Source: Candidatus Helarchaeota archaeon (GTDB lineage Archaea > Asgardarchaeota > Lokiarchaeia > Helarchaeales > RDOG01). From it: DNA of 15,780 bases. The stretch spans positions 1 through 15,780 of the forward strand of contig JALGVI010000064.1 in assembly GCA_029838215.1 (NCBI GenBank). Reading direction: 5' to 3'. Shown one piece after another: positions 1 through 12,400 of the stretch. The position numbers were made by a program, and so were the translations under genes. The number at the start of each line of letters is the position of its first letter. Position 1 is the first letter of the stretch. The notes beneath the pieces are model-generated. The model was not told the origin of the DNA, made no database searches, and saw only the letters and a program-made list of their open reading frames with translations.

Positions 1-1
1 C

Positions 2-118
2 TATGACGGCTCCAAGACGGATTCCGTGCTTCTGGAACACCTGCGCATCTTGCAGGACATCTACTACGACTTTGAGAAGGTCCGAAAGGCATTTGAAGCC
101 AAAGAAGAAGCAGCGTGA
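2..118 (+). CDS. 3' end of an upstream gene of unknown function (partial; ...YDGSKTDSVLLEHLRILQDIYYDFEKVRKAFEAKEEAA*)
   Basis: Frame 2 is open from the window edge to TGA at 116-118. It reads as an amphipathic helix. 16 of the first 20 codons end in G/C, like the downstream gene, and oligo-T tracts follow immediately. Not in the ORF track because its start lies outside the window. Confidence 0.8.
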   Translation, partial: YDGSKTDSVLLEHLRILQDIYYDFEKVRKAFEAKEEAA

Positions 119-130
119 CGAATCTTCATA

Positions 131-160
131 TCTTTTTTTCTTCTATTTTTTTTCCATTTT
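131..160 (+). terminator. Archaeal-type oligo-T intrinsic terminator for the upstream gene
   Basis: T7 at 133-139 and T8 at 146-153, starting 15 nt after the stop codon, with no strong GC hairpin. This matches known archaeal U-tract termination. Confidence 0.6.
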
Positions 161-191
161 ACTAAAAATATCCGACCAAAATTTCTAATTG

Positions 192-348
192 TTTTTATAT
201 TCAACTTCCAAATGTTTGAAATCAGAAATCCTTGCAATGGATGTTTTTCTTTTGCAAAGATCACGCGTGAAATGAGATATTCTTCTTAAATATTCATGAT
301 GGTGCAATTTTGCACGTTTAATTTTGAACCAACACGAATCAAGAAGGT
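192..348 (+). promoter_or_regulatory. Putative promoter region of the giant gene: TATA-like boxes, palindromes and a weak SD
   Basis: AT-rich 236-bp intergenic region. TATA-like TTTTTATAT (192-200) and TTAAATAT (286-293). Dyads TCACGCGTGA (261-270) and GTGCAA-N2-TTGCAC (302-315). SD-like AGAAGGT (342-348) lies 6 nt before the ATG at 355. The start site cannot be determined from sequence. Confidence 0.4.
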
Positions 349-354
349 TTTAAA

Positions 355-447
355 ATGAAAAAATGGAAAATTAAAACTATTGCGTTGTTTTTTATTATTT
401 TTTTGACAATCGGACCATTTGCTGCTTTAATAATTCCGATTGTCTTG
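355..447 (+). other. Sec-type signal peptide or uncleaved N-terminal signal anchor
   Basis: MKKWKIK followed by TIALFFIIFLTIGPFAALIIPIVL. The cleavage site is ambiguous (possibly after PFAA). Confidence 0.8.
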
Positions 448-3400
448 CAAAACCTGCCCATTTTTAACTCATACTACATGGGTACGCCGATTCCTCCTGG
501 AAGTGATTTATCAATGTTTTCTAAATCACAAGCAGGGAGTGAAGAAATGGATAGTTATACTGGTTCTGATTCTGGCATTAAACTGACTGAATATGCTTTA
601 AATTCTACGATAACAAACGATATCACTGTTGGAACTGATAGTGCAACCGTTTATGTAAATACAGGTGATAGTTGGACCGGACAACAGGTCCATTCTACTA
701 TTGATACGGTTCGAGAGACTGGTCAATGGATTCCAAATAATAATTTTGCTTCAAGTGGTTCGGGGTGGACTTTTGTGGATACTCCTCCGAATACTTACGC
801 ACAAAACGACATTATAAGCCGTTATAACAATACCGTAGATGCAACGGGGGATAGTTCAGGTTCATACGAAATTGTTGTAAATGGTAGTTCTGGTCAATTT
901 CCCGATCAAATTAGCCTTACTAATAACAATGGTGAGCTCCAAAGCTCGGGTGGTGAACTAACTGGTGATTGGACGCGATCAACATGGGGCGATGCCGTCA
1001 GTCCATGGGTATCAACAACATCCGTCAGTGGTCATGCCGGTGCGGATGGTGATAGTGCTTATCAGTACAGGCAATCTAGTGCCAGTGGTTCTGGTGGTGA
1101 AGTTTCACATGAAGGCGGTGCATCGTGGCGACAGATAATAGATTTATATCCTGCGGCTGGAGCCGTTGACAGTTTAGACATAACCCGAATCCGAATTAAC
1201 TATGCTGTTTCGCTTCGCATTCAGCTTACACGGGGCGGCATTTTTAGCGGGTCCTGTTCCAGTATTGGCTCAGCAAGATTCTGGATAAAATTTGGTCCCG
1301 GTGATGATTCTTCTGACTTATTTACTGTTGTATTCGAACAATTTAGTGAAGATAATCAAAATAGTTATGATTCATGGGTCGATTTTGATACATATATTGA
1401 TATATCTACTGCAATTTTAACAGGGTATACTAAATGTCAAATCGAATTTGGACTCGATTACTTGACTTATGCAAAATCTGTCTTATGGAGTGATTGCAGT
1501 GCAACTGTTACGGGCTATGCCGGAGAAGTCACTTGTCAAATTGATTATGATGAAAATATCGAAGCAGGAAATATTGCATATGCTCAACGACCCTCGGGTG
1601 AAAATCTTCAAAACCGTGAGATTGTTGACCTTGACTTTGGAATGCAATATAGAGGCGCAAGATTTACGGGTGCAACAGATTATTATCCTTTTGTTCAACT
1701 CGTGGATTCTGGTGGCACGGCATCACAAAAATGGCGATTAGTCATTGATGGCACGACTGATATATTAAATCTAGATTCCAATACTGTGAGCTCTTTTCAA
1801 GATGTCACGACACTATCTATATCCGACATGAAAAATTGGCTAAATTCAAGAATTCTGGCAGGTTATGATGGCAATTTTGAGATTCGTGTTGGTATTGATT
1901 TTCCATACGTTGACTTGCCACAAGATACTGAATTATACTATTATTTTGATGATATTGAATTGAATTTAACTCTAAGCGTGAAACCTGAGACTGTAAATTT
2001 GCGATTAATGGATGGTGCAACACCACACTCCTATTCGGGAAGTATTGGCTCTGGAAGCGTGACATTCACCAGTTCTTACAGTTCAAGTCCGACGTTTAAT
2101 TTCGCAACAAATTCTTCATATACCGTGACAATGAACTGCTATTTAGAATTGAACCAGACAAAAACCCGATATTTGGATTACAATTTTACTGCTCCATACG
2201 GGTCTGACTACTCTAAAGTACAATGGTGGGTCGAAAATCCCGTGAGTTCGAGTCATGTTGCGAATCTATATGATTATGAATTTTTAATTTCCGTGCCAAA
2301 TGATTGGATTCCGTTTAAATTAGTCAAACCGAGTTCTCCTGCTGATACTTTTTCTCTAAGCACGAATGTATCAAATTATTATTACGTGATCGATAATGGT
2401 GCCACCAACAATAGCGTAAGCGTGTTTCCCGGTGTTACTAACTATGTTTCCGGAACGCCTCAAACTGGAACTTATCAAATTTCTTTTCTTTCGGATAATA
2501 CAATAAACCAAGCAAGTCTCGGTTCTTCTATTTATTATTTGAGTGAAAATACAATAATGAACATTGATACCGAACCTAATACTCTGGGAACATATTCTTC
2601 CATGATTTGGCGTATTTATGATGAAAATGATACCGCAGTTATTGAGTCTGTTCACAATCATTCTCAGGTTGCAGGATCGGCTGACTTCACGGATAATTCT
2701 TGGACGATTCCAAGCTCGCTGAGTTACGTTGGAAAAATGCGCTATGATGTTACTTGGAATAATAGCATCGCAGGATCTGCCGTTACCAAAGTTGGGATTG
2801 CAAACGTGACTTTTCAAGTACACGTTCACACGACGTCCCAAGTTGACGTTGAAGCAATGCAGTCCGATTACGTGTTAGATGGAAACATATTCCTACAACC
2901 TCAATACTTGAGATTCTTGGGAAATTGGTCTACTGTTGAAGGAAGTGAAAAGGTATCAGGTGGAAACATGTATTTGAATTATACGGATTCTAATGGAGCC
3001 GCTCAAAATTATACATATAACACGGAATATGATACAGGGAATTACTCCGTTGAGTTCAACACGCTTCTAATGGAAGGTGGAAATCAAACCGTCCAATTAA
3101 TCTTCACGAAGAAATATTTTGAACCACAAGTCAAATCACTAACGATTAATCAGACGGTTGATGTCATTTATAACGTCATTACACCAATCGATGTCTTAGG
3201 AGATGCTCGCTATGCTGAAGTCTATTATACAAATAATTATAACGCATCTCTCAGATTATATGACCGATATAATTTAAGCGAGCCCATCACAAATGCATCT
3301 GCTGTTACAATTTCGATTCAAAATATCTATAACCCTACTGATAATGGTATTTTCACGCATGATCCCACCGATTCTGAACGGAATCTCTGGTATTATGAAA

Positions 3401-6400
3401 TCAACACAAATCAAGGCAGAAATTATCTTTATTACGAAGTGACAATTCAAGTTGATTACGGTGATGGCATACCTTATGAAATCAATCAATTTAACATCAC
3501 GATTAAGGTTGTTTGGGAAGAAACAATTATCTGGTGGACACAGGCTGCCGTAACGCCAAAAGGCACCGATGGAAGCTTCTATATCTACGCGAAAAACGCC
3601 ACGGACGAAATGTTTCTAGAAGATGCTGAAATTTACCTGACAAATATTACCGAAGTTTCCAATCCCATTCCAATGACGGAATCTACTCATTTCCGAGTTG
3701 ATGCCGAACCGGGTGATTTAAGATATAAAATCACGGTTTTTTCGAACGATACAAATACTTGGCCAATCGACACGTATTTATTAAAAGTTGAAGTGAATAA
3801 GACAAATCATTTTAACCATACAACACAAATCCCATACACGGTAAGAAGGGTAACGACTGCAGCTACATATGATCCCATCGGTCTCACGACATTTAGGAAT
3901 CCCCTCAACATAACGTTTTATTATAAAAACATTGATGCTGGTGAAGCTGGCATTCCCGGTGCAACCGTTCAAATAACCGGAAGTCTTAATGAAAACTTTG
4001 TTGAAGGGAAAAATGTTACCATTCATGATGAAGGTGATGGAAGTTACACGGTTGAAATCAATACCGAAAACTGCACGTTTAATACTGTATACAAATTTAA
4101 CGTTTCGATCTCAAAAACAGACTTCGTGACTCAGAATCTCACGAACATTACATTTAGCTTCCGAGAAACCGATACAATGTTGGATGTGGATGGTAGCACC
4201 AGCAAGTTGATAGCAATTGACAATAATAAAGAGTTCAATCTCACTTTCTGGTACATTGACATTAAAGAAGCCGTGACAATAGAGAATGAGACTGGAACTG
4301 ATAACGTGACTCTTTCCTTCGATTGGTATACAAGAGGATCTCCAACCGAGGACTGGACTCTCAATAGTACGGTGAACGGTCGGACGACAATCATCGAAGA
4401 AGACTATGCAGGTGGTCAGAATAATCCGTGGGTATTCAGCATCAATGCAACTGGATTTAACATCTCTTTAACATATTTAATCGCTGTAAACGCATCTAAA
4501 CATGGATATGAAACGGCTTTTCTAAATGTGTCTGTAGCCCTCCGTAAATCTTCATCCCGAATAGGTCTAATAAATCCAAGTCCAACGGTTTATAATGAAC
4601 CCGTTGAATTTTATGTCTCATACACGGATGAACTCGGAATTTCAGTTCTTGACCCGAGTAATTTCTACAATGTGTCATGGCGACCTGAAGGTGCAAGCAC
4701 TTGGACGGAAATTGTTAATAGTTCAACGACTTGGAACTGGGCATATGCGAACAGCACGCCAGACCTTTCGGAAGGTGATGAGCTGAAGATCTGGTTCAAT
4801 ACGAGTTGCATTCCGTTCCCCGATACATCTGTGGGATACCATTACATCAATGTTTCAATATCTCAAGGCGAGTATGAACCACAATCAACCTACTTTAGAT
4901 TATACGTAAATCCAATCGATGCTCAAGTCTTTTATGATCCACCACCCATTGTTGGTATAGGAGACTGGAGTTCATTTAATGTATATTACAAGGACACCAG
5001 AAACGACGAATTCATCAATGCTTCGATTCCATCTCCCGTATACATTCAAGTTGACATGAATGATACAGAAGCTGGGATTCAAGGAACTGAGGGTTCTGAT
5101 TATTTGGTTTCATGGCTTCCAAACTCTGCAGCTTATAATGTCTCAATAAACACCAGCTATTGGAACGTAGCAGGGATCAAGAATTTGCAAATTCATGCAA
5201 ATTGGTCGGGAGCACCTTATTATAGTAATCAGTCCGTATCTCTCAACATTCTAGTTCGAAATACCACGAGTGAATTATCCTATATTCCATATGACAGCAT
5301 CCCATACGGCGAAAACATGCACGGTTTTAAAATCCGATTTACGGACCTTGATCTACAAGTTCCAATTGATCTAAACAATGAGCCATCCGCCCGCATATTG
5401 TTAAACAATGGCACGGAATACGACATCACGTCGTATTTAGACTCTTCATTTGAAGATAATTATAACAACATAACGTTCATTCAAACCGATAATTTGGCGA
5501 TAGGAAACCACATTTTGAACATTACCGTTACTGTTGACAACTATAATACCGCCACGCGATTAATTCCCATTACAATTCGTCCTCATTACACGTATCTTTC
5601 TGTTTCAAGACCGTATTTGACACCATATGGTGATAATGCAACGGTGGAGCTATATTGGGAAGATCTTGATTATAACACGGGTATTAACGTTACAAATCCT
5701 GCTGATTTCGATCTTTCATTTGAACTGGGTGCAAGCGATTGGCTGGATGATCCTCAAAAAGCATGGTGGGAGTACGGCTCATCGAACGGTTATTATTACA
5801 TTACCGTCAATACTAGTCAGTTGGGCTCTTATGGAGAACAAGATTTTACGGTCACGTTAAATTATCTTGGAACGCCAATGCAATATCAAAACGCAACTTC
5901 TAATACGACGATTTCAACACGAGAACGCTATACTCAAATCTACTATGACCTTCCACCAATTGTAGGAATTGGTGATTGGAGCATTTTTAACATTTATTAT
6001 AAGGATACTGCTACTGGTGACTATATCAACGATACAATTCCCACTCCCGTAAATATTATTGTCGACCTTAATGATTCTGCTTCAGGAATGCAGGGCGTTT
6101 CGGGCACGGATTATATTGTTGCGTGGTTACCTGATCAGGCTGCTTATAACATCTCAATTGATACCGGATACTGGAGTCAACCCGGGATAAAGGATATTCG
6201 TATCTTTGCGAACTGGTCAGGAACACCATTTTATGATAACGTATCAGTTCCAATTAGTTTCAACGTTCGCGAGATCTCAAGCGAGTTCACGTATGTACCA
6301 TATGGAAGTATTCCATTTGGCGAAAACATGCATGGTTTTAAGATTCGCTTTACTGATCTGGATAGCGGAACACCCATCAATTTGGCAACAAAACCAACGG

Positions 6401-9400
6401 CTCAGGTTCTTCTGAATAATGGAACCGAATATGACATCACGTCAACACTCGATTCCTCATTCGACAACCAATACAATAACATTACTTACATTCAAACCGA
6501 CAATCTAGCCATAGGCGAACATACACTGAACATTACAATAGTCATCGACAATTATACAACTGCATCGAGAGAAATTCCAATAACGATCCGAGCTCATTAT
6601 ACTTATCTTGCTGTCACGAGACCTCCTTTAACTGCATATGGTGAAAATGCAACCGTTGAGTTATATTGGGAGGATCTTGATTATAATGTTGGAATTAATG
6701 TTACGGATTCGAACGATCTTGATCTCTCCTTCATATTAGGTGCTGAAGATTGGTTAGACGATCCTCAAAAAGCCTGGTGGGAATACGGTTCATCTGACGG
6801 TCAGTATTCCATTACAGTTAATACAAGTCAACTCTCTGAATATGGCGATGCCAATTTTCAAGTAGTTTTAAATTATATAGGAACGAATCTCGAGTATGAA
6901 AATTCAACTTTAAACACGACAGTATCCACCCGGGAACGTTATACGCAATTGATCTATGAGGCCCCTCCCATTGTCGGAGTTGGCGAATGGTGCTCATTTA
7001 ACATCTATTATAGAGACATTGATGAAGATGTTTACATAAACAACTCATTAGGTGGTCAATTAAACATCCTTATTGATCTAAATACATCCCAATCGGGAAT
7101 GCAAGGAACCTTGGGTGTCGATTATACCGTCCAATGGTTGCCCGCTCTTGCAGCTTACAATGTCTCCATTGATTCTGATTATTATGGCGGTTCAGGAACG
7201 TTCCCGGTCATAATTTATGCAAATTGGACGGGGACCCCCTATTATGACAATGCCACGGTTCAAGTAAATGTAAACATCCGCGAAATTGCAAGTGAACTTT
7301 CATACATTCCTTATGGAAGCATCCCATATCATGAAAACATTTATGGCTTAAAAATAAGATTTACGAACCTGGACAATGGACAACCAATTGATCTCAATAA
7401 TGAACCATCTGCTCGGATATATCTAAACAACGGCACGGAATACGATATTACTTCCTACATGGACTCATCCTTTGAAAATCAATACAATAACATAACCTAC
7501 ATACAGACCGATACCTTGTTGATTGGTGATTATACACTTAATATCACGATAACGGTTGATAACTACGTTACAGCAGAACGGTTGATTCCAATTACTATTC
7601 GTCAACACTACACGTTCCTTTCAGTATCAAGACCTCCAACGACTCCCTTTAGCGATAATGCTACGTGCGAAGTTACGTGGACGGATCTCGACTATAATGT
7701 TGGAATCAACGTCACTAATCCATTTTATATCAAGTTTGAAATGATTTTGGATTCCGAAGACTGGCTTAACGACTCTCAGAAAGCATGGTGGGAATACGGT
7801 CCGAGTGATGGAATGTACTACATTACCGTCAATACGAGTCAATTCAGCACTTATGGCGACTATAACTTTCAGGTGATCGTGTCTTTTTACGGTCCCAACG
7901 CCGAATATCAAAATGCAACAATGAATACTACCGTTTCTACGCGGGAACGATATACACAACTTTTCTATGACCTACCTCCCGTGGTTGGTATTGGTGATTG
8001 GACATCGTTTAACGTGTATTATAAAGATACGAGTACAGGTGATTTCATCAATTCTACAATTCCGTCGCCTTTGAACATCACGGTTGATCTCAACGATACG
8101 ATGGCGGGTATTCAAGGTGTAAATGGAACTGATTATCTCGTATTTTGGTTACCAAACCAAGCTGCCTATAACGTTTCAATTAATACGAGTTATTGGAGCG
8201 ATACGGGTGTGAAAGCCATTCGAATATATGCCAATTGGTCTGGTTCCCCATTCTATGAGAATTCTTCGGTTCCAATTAGTCTCAATGTTCGAGCGATTTC
8301 AAGCGAATTCTATTACATCCCATATGGTAGCATACCTTATGGTGAAAATATGCATGGTTTTTACATTAGTTTCACGGATCTCGATCATAATATTGCCATA
8401 AATCTCAATAATGAACCTTCTACCCAAATAATTCTAAATAACGGCTCTGAATATGACATCACTTCTTTTCTTGATTCTTCCTTCGTGAATGATTACAATA
8501 ACATCACTTTCATTCAAACGGATAATCTAGAAATCGGAGACCACTTTCTGAACATAACAATCATTGTAGATAATTACATGGTTGCTTCTAGACAAATTCC
8601 AATAACGATTCGAGCACATTATACTCATCTATCTGTATCTCGACCTCCGTTAACTGCATTCGGCGAAAATGCACAGATTGAATTATTCTGGGAAGACCTC
8701 GATAATGGTGCAGGTATTAACGTTACAACTCAAAGTGATCTCGATTTAGAATTATATTATGGTGCTGAAGACTGGTTGAACGATCCTCAAAAAGCCTGGT
8801 GGGAATATGGGTCTTCTAATGGCTATTATTACATCACAGTAAATACGAGTCAATTCAGTACTTTCGGTGATGCCAACTTCCAAGTAAACTTGAACTTTAT
8901 AGGAACTCATTATGAATATGATAATGCAACGTTAAACACGACTGTTTCTACACGAGAGCGTTATACACAGCTAAGCTATACCGCACCACCTATTGTTGGA
9001 ATCGGTGATACTACAACGTTTAACATTTATTACAAGGATATTGATGGTGATGTCTATGTCAATTCTTCTCTTGGTGGGTCTTTCAATATCGTCATAGATT
9101 TAAACGACTCTGCTTCTGGAATGCAAGGTGTTGCAGGAACTGATTATACAATAACTTGGATTCCATCTCTTGCAGCATATGAAATTTCAATAAACACGAG
9201 TTACTGGAGTGAGACGGGGACAAAAGACATTCGTGTCTTTGCGAATTGGACAGGAAGTCCTCATTATGATAATGCGACTGTTGCAATTACCCTGAACGTG
9301 CGCGCTATAGCAAGTGATTTCTCCTACGTCCCATATGATAGCATTCCGTATGGTGATAATATCCATGGATTTAAAATAAGGTTCACGAATCTTGATACCG

Positions 9401-12400
9401 GACAGCCTGTAAATCTCAATAATGAACCTTCTGCCCGCATATTACTAAATAATGGCACGGAATATGACATCACGTCATATTTGGACGGGTCATTCGTAGA
9501 CAATTATAACAACATCACTTTCATTCAAACGGATAATCTGGAAATTGGAGAATACACTCTTAATATAACTATTGTAATCGACAATTTCCAAACTGCTTCC
9601 CGTCTGATCCCCATTACAATCCGAGAACATTATACTTACTTGGCAGTAACAAGACCTCCTTTAACTGCATACAGCGATCAAGCTGTCATAGAACTATTTT
9701 GGCAAGATTTGGATTATAACGTCGGAATCAACGTGACAGATCCAACAGATATTGACCTTTCTCTAATGCTTGGTGCAAGTGATTGGCTTGATGATCCTCA
9801 GAAGGCGTGGTGGACATATGGTTCCTCTAATGGCTATTACTACATTACGGTTAATACGAGTCAGTTAAGCGGAGTTGGAGATACCAACTTTGAAGTGCGC
9901 TTGAATTATATCGGGACTCACCTTGAATATCAAAATTCTTCTTTGAATACAACAGTCTCCACCCGTGCAAGATATACCCAATTATATAATGACGCACCTC
10001 CAATTGTTGGAATTGGTGATTGGAGTATATTTAGCATTTATTACAAGGATATTGATGCCGGACAACTCATAAATTCATCTCTTTGGGGTGCTTTGAACAT
10101 CTTCATAGACTTGAACGTTTCTGAAGCTGGAATGCAAGGTGTCAATGGTACAGACTATCTCATCGAGTGGCTTCCTGACTCTGCATCATATAATGTTTCA
10201 ATAAACACGGGGTACTGGACTGAAGCTGGCGCAATGAACATTCGAATTTACGCTAATTGGACCGGTAATCCTCATTATAGCAATGCAACTGTTCCCACTA
10301 CTATAAACGTCAGATACATTACAAGCGAGCTTTCATACATTCCATATGGAAGCATTCCCTACGGTGACAATATTGAAGGATTCCAAATCAGGTTTACTAA
10401 TATTGATAATGGAAGCATCGTTAATCTCTATACCGAACCAACCGTAACAATATACGTAAACGGAACGAACATGACTTCCTATTTAGATTCGTCTTTTGTG
10501 GATAATTATAACAACATCACGTTCATTCAAACCGATAATCTTGAAGTCGGTGTCCATTATCTAAACATTACAGTAACTGTTGAAAACCACGCAACCGCTA
10601 CTCGAATCATTCAAATTACGGTTAGAGAACATTACACGTATTTATCTGCTTCACGACCTCCCATCATCGCATTTGGAAACAACGCAACGGTTGAGCTAGA
10701 ATGGTTGGATCTTGATACAAACGAAGGCATTAATGTCACGAATCCGATTAACTTTACATTAGCTTTTGTTCTAAATTCTGAAGATTGGTTGGCTGCTGGA
10801 AAAGCTTGGTGGACATATGGTGAAACAAATGGCTCGTACCTGCTGACTGTGAATACGAGCGAATTGAGCGGCATTGGAGATTTCGCTTTTCAAGCACGTT
10901 TGAATTACATTGGTACTCATGAAGAATATCAAAATGCGACGGCGAACACAACAATTACCACCAGACAAAGATCTACGCTTTTAACTCATGATCCATATGG
11001 AACCCCATATTACGGCGAAGAACTCCAAATTTCTCTCAATTATTATGATTTAGATGATCCCGTTGAGAGCATGAAATCAATTATGGACTCTTCTACCCAA
11101 TTCGATTTCTTTGGACAGCCCGGTGTCTATGAAGTGGATTCGCGCACGATTCGTGTTGTTACAAACGAATTCATCACGCAAGATCGATTATCTGCACATC
11201 AACTCATCGTCGGATTGAATTGGACTGGCACATCTCCCTATTACTCCAATCAAACACTGAATATCTCCATAACTTGTAGACAAATCGAAACTTACAGGAC
11301 AGTTTTTATCGGAAATGATACTGCGGGAGCTACTGAAACCGAGTCTTTTTCGGGTTGGCCTTGGGGTGCACCCATAAATTTCACAATAACTTTTATTAAC
11401 ATCGATGACGCTGCTCATCCCGCAATCAACGATTCAAATATCAACGTCACGGCTGATGGCATTTATGCAGATCCATCAAATTACCAAGTCTTAGGTTGGG
11501 ACGGCTCCAATTTCGTGCAACAATACACTTCTACCAATGGCACTTTTAAGATAAGCCTGAATACGACCGTTGCAAATAATAACGAGCTATATCGATTCAA
11601 CATAACCCTGTTTAACTCTACCGACCCTGATGAACCACACAAAAATCAGACGTTTCAAATTTTGGTATCATTCAGGAAACCCGTCACGGTTTTGGTAATG
11701 GAATACGTGCCAGGTGTGTATGTTCCGTGGGGTACAAATGCCACCATTCTGGCGGAATATCAAAATGTAGAAGCAGGTAATGTTGCAATATCTGGTGCTG
11801 ATGTCAACATAACCGTCACTGAAATCCTTGAGGATGGTGAAGCAGTACATGTAAAGTACGGATTTCCAACATTGGAAGCATATCTCGCCCATTGGAATTG
11901 GAGTGTTGATAATAACGTCACGATCGTTGAATTCTTGGACGGTTCGACTCCAAAATATAATATAACATTCGACACGACGTGGTGTAATAATACTCAATGG
12001 AGCATTACAATTCAAGCAAATAAAACCGAAGTATCTGATGCGACAAGTTATGTCACGTTATATATCAGAGATATATTGACAAATCTTAATCTCATCAGTT
12101 CAAGTGCATTTGTCGTGAGGACAGATGAGTTAGACCGAGATTATGAACACTCAGATTGGAGAAATGGAACAAAATATTTCAACATGACCGTGCGATTTAC
12201 TGATTTGGATGCTGCTGCACCCGGCTACATTGCGTCAAATACAAGCGATCCAAGATATGAAAACATACAATTCTTCTATTATGACTATTATACTGGTGAA
12301 TATAGTGAAGGCGTTAGTCCTGATGATACGGATTATTCCGTATGGGGAATGAAAGACTTAAACTGGCACGGAAATTTCACAGTGAACTTTATCGGCGACG

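Noticed and set aside
3-188. 61-aa + strand ORF from the track (frame 3)
   Set aside because: It overlaps the better frame-2 gene end and runs through the oligo-T terminator tracts (YLFFFYFF), so it is a shadow ORF.
64-264. 66-aa minus-strand ORF
   Set aside because: It spans AT-rich intergenic DNA and is antisense to the upstream gene end, with no recognisable protein features.
4933-10986. CRISPR array, DGR template/variable repeat pair, or mobile-element repeats
   Set aside because: The repeats are in-frame coding units with divergence concentrated at silent sites. There is no repeat-spacer structure, no adenine-specific mismatch pattern was apparent, and no reverse transcriptase or transposase is present in the window.
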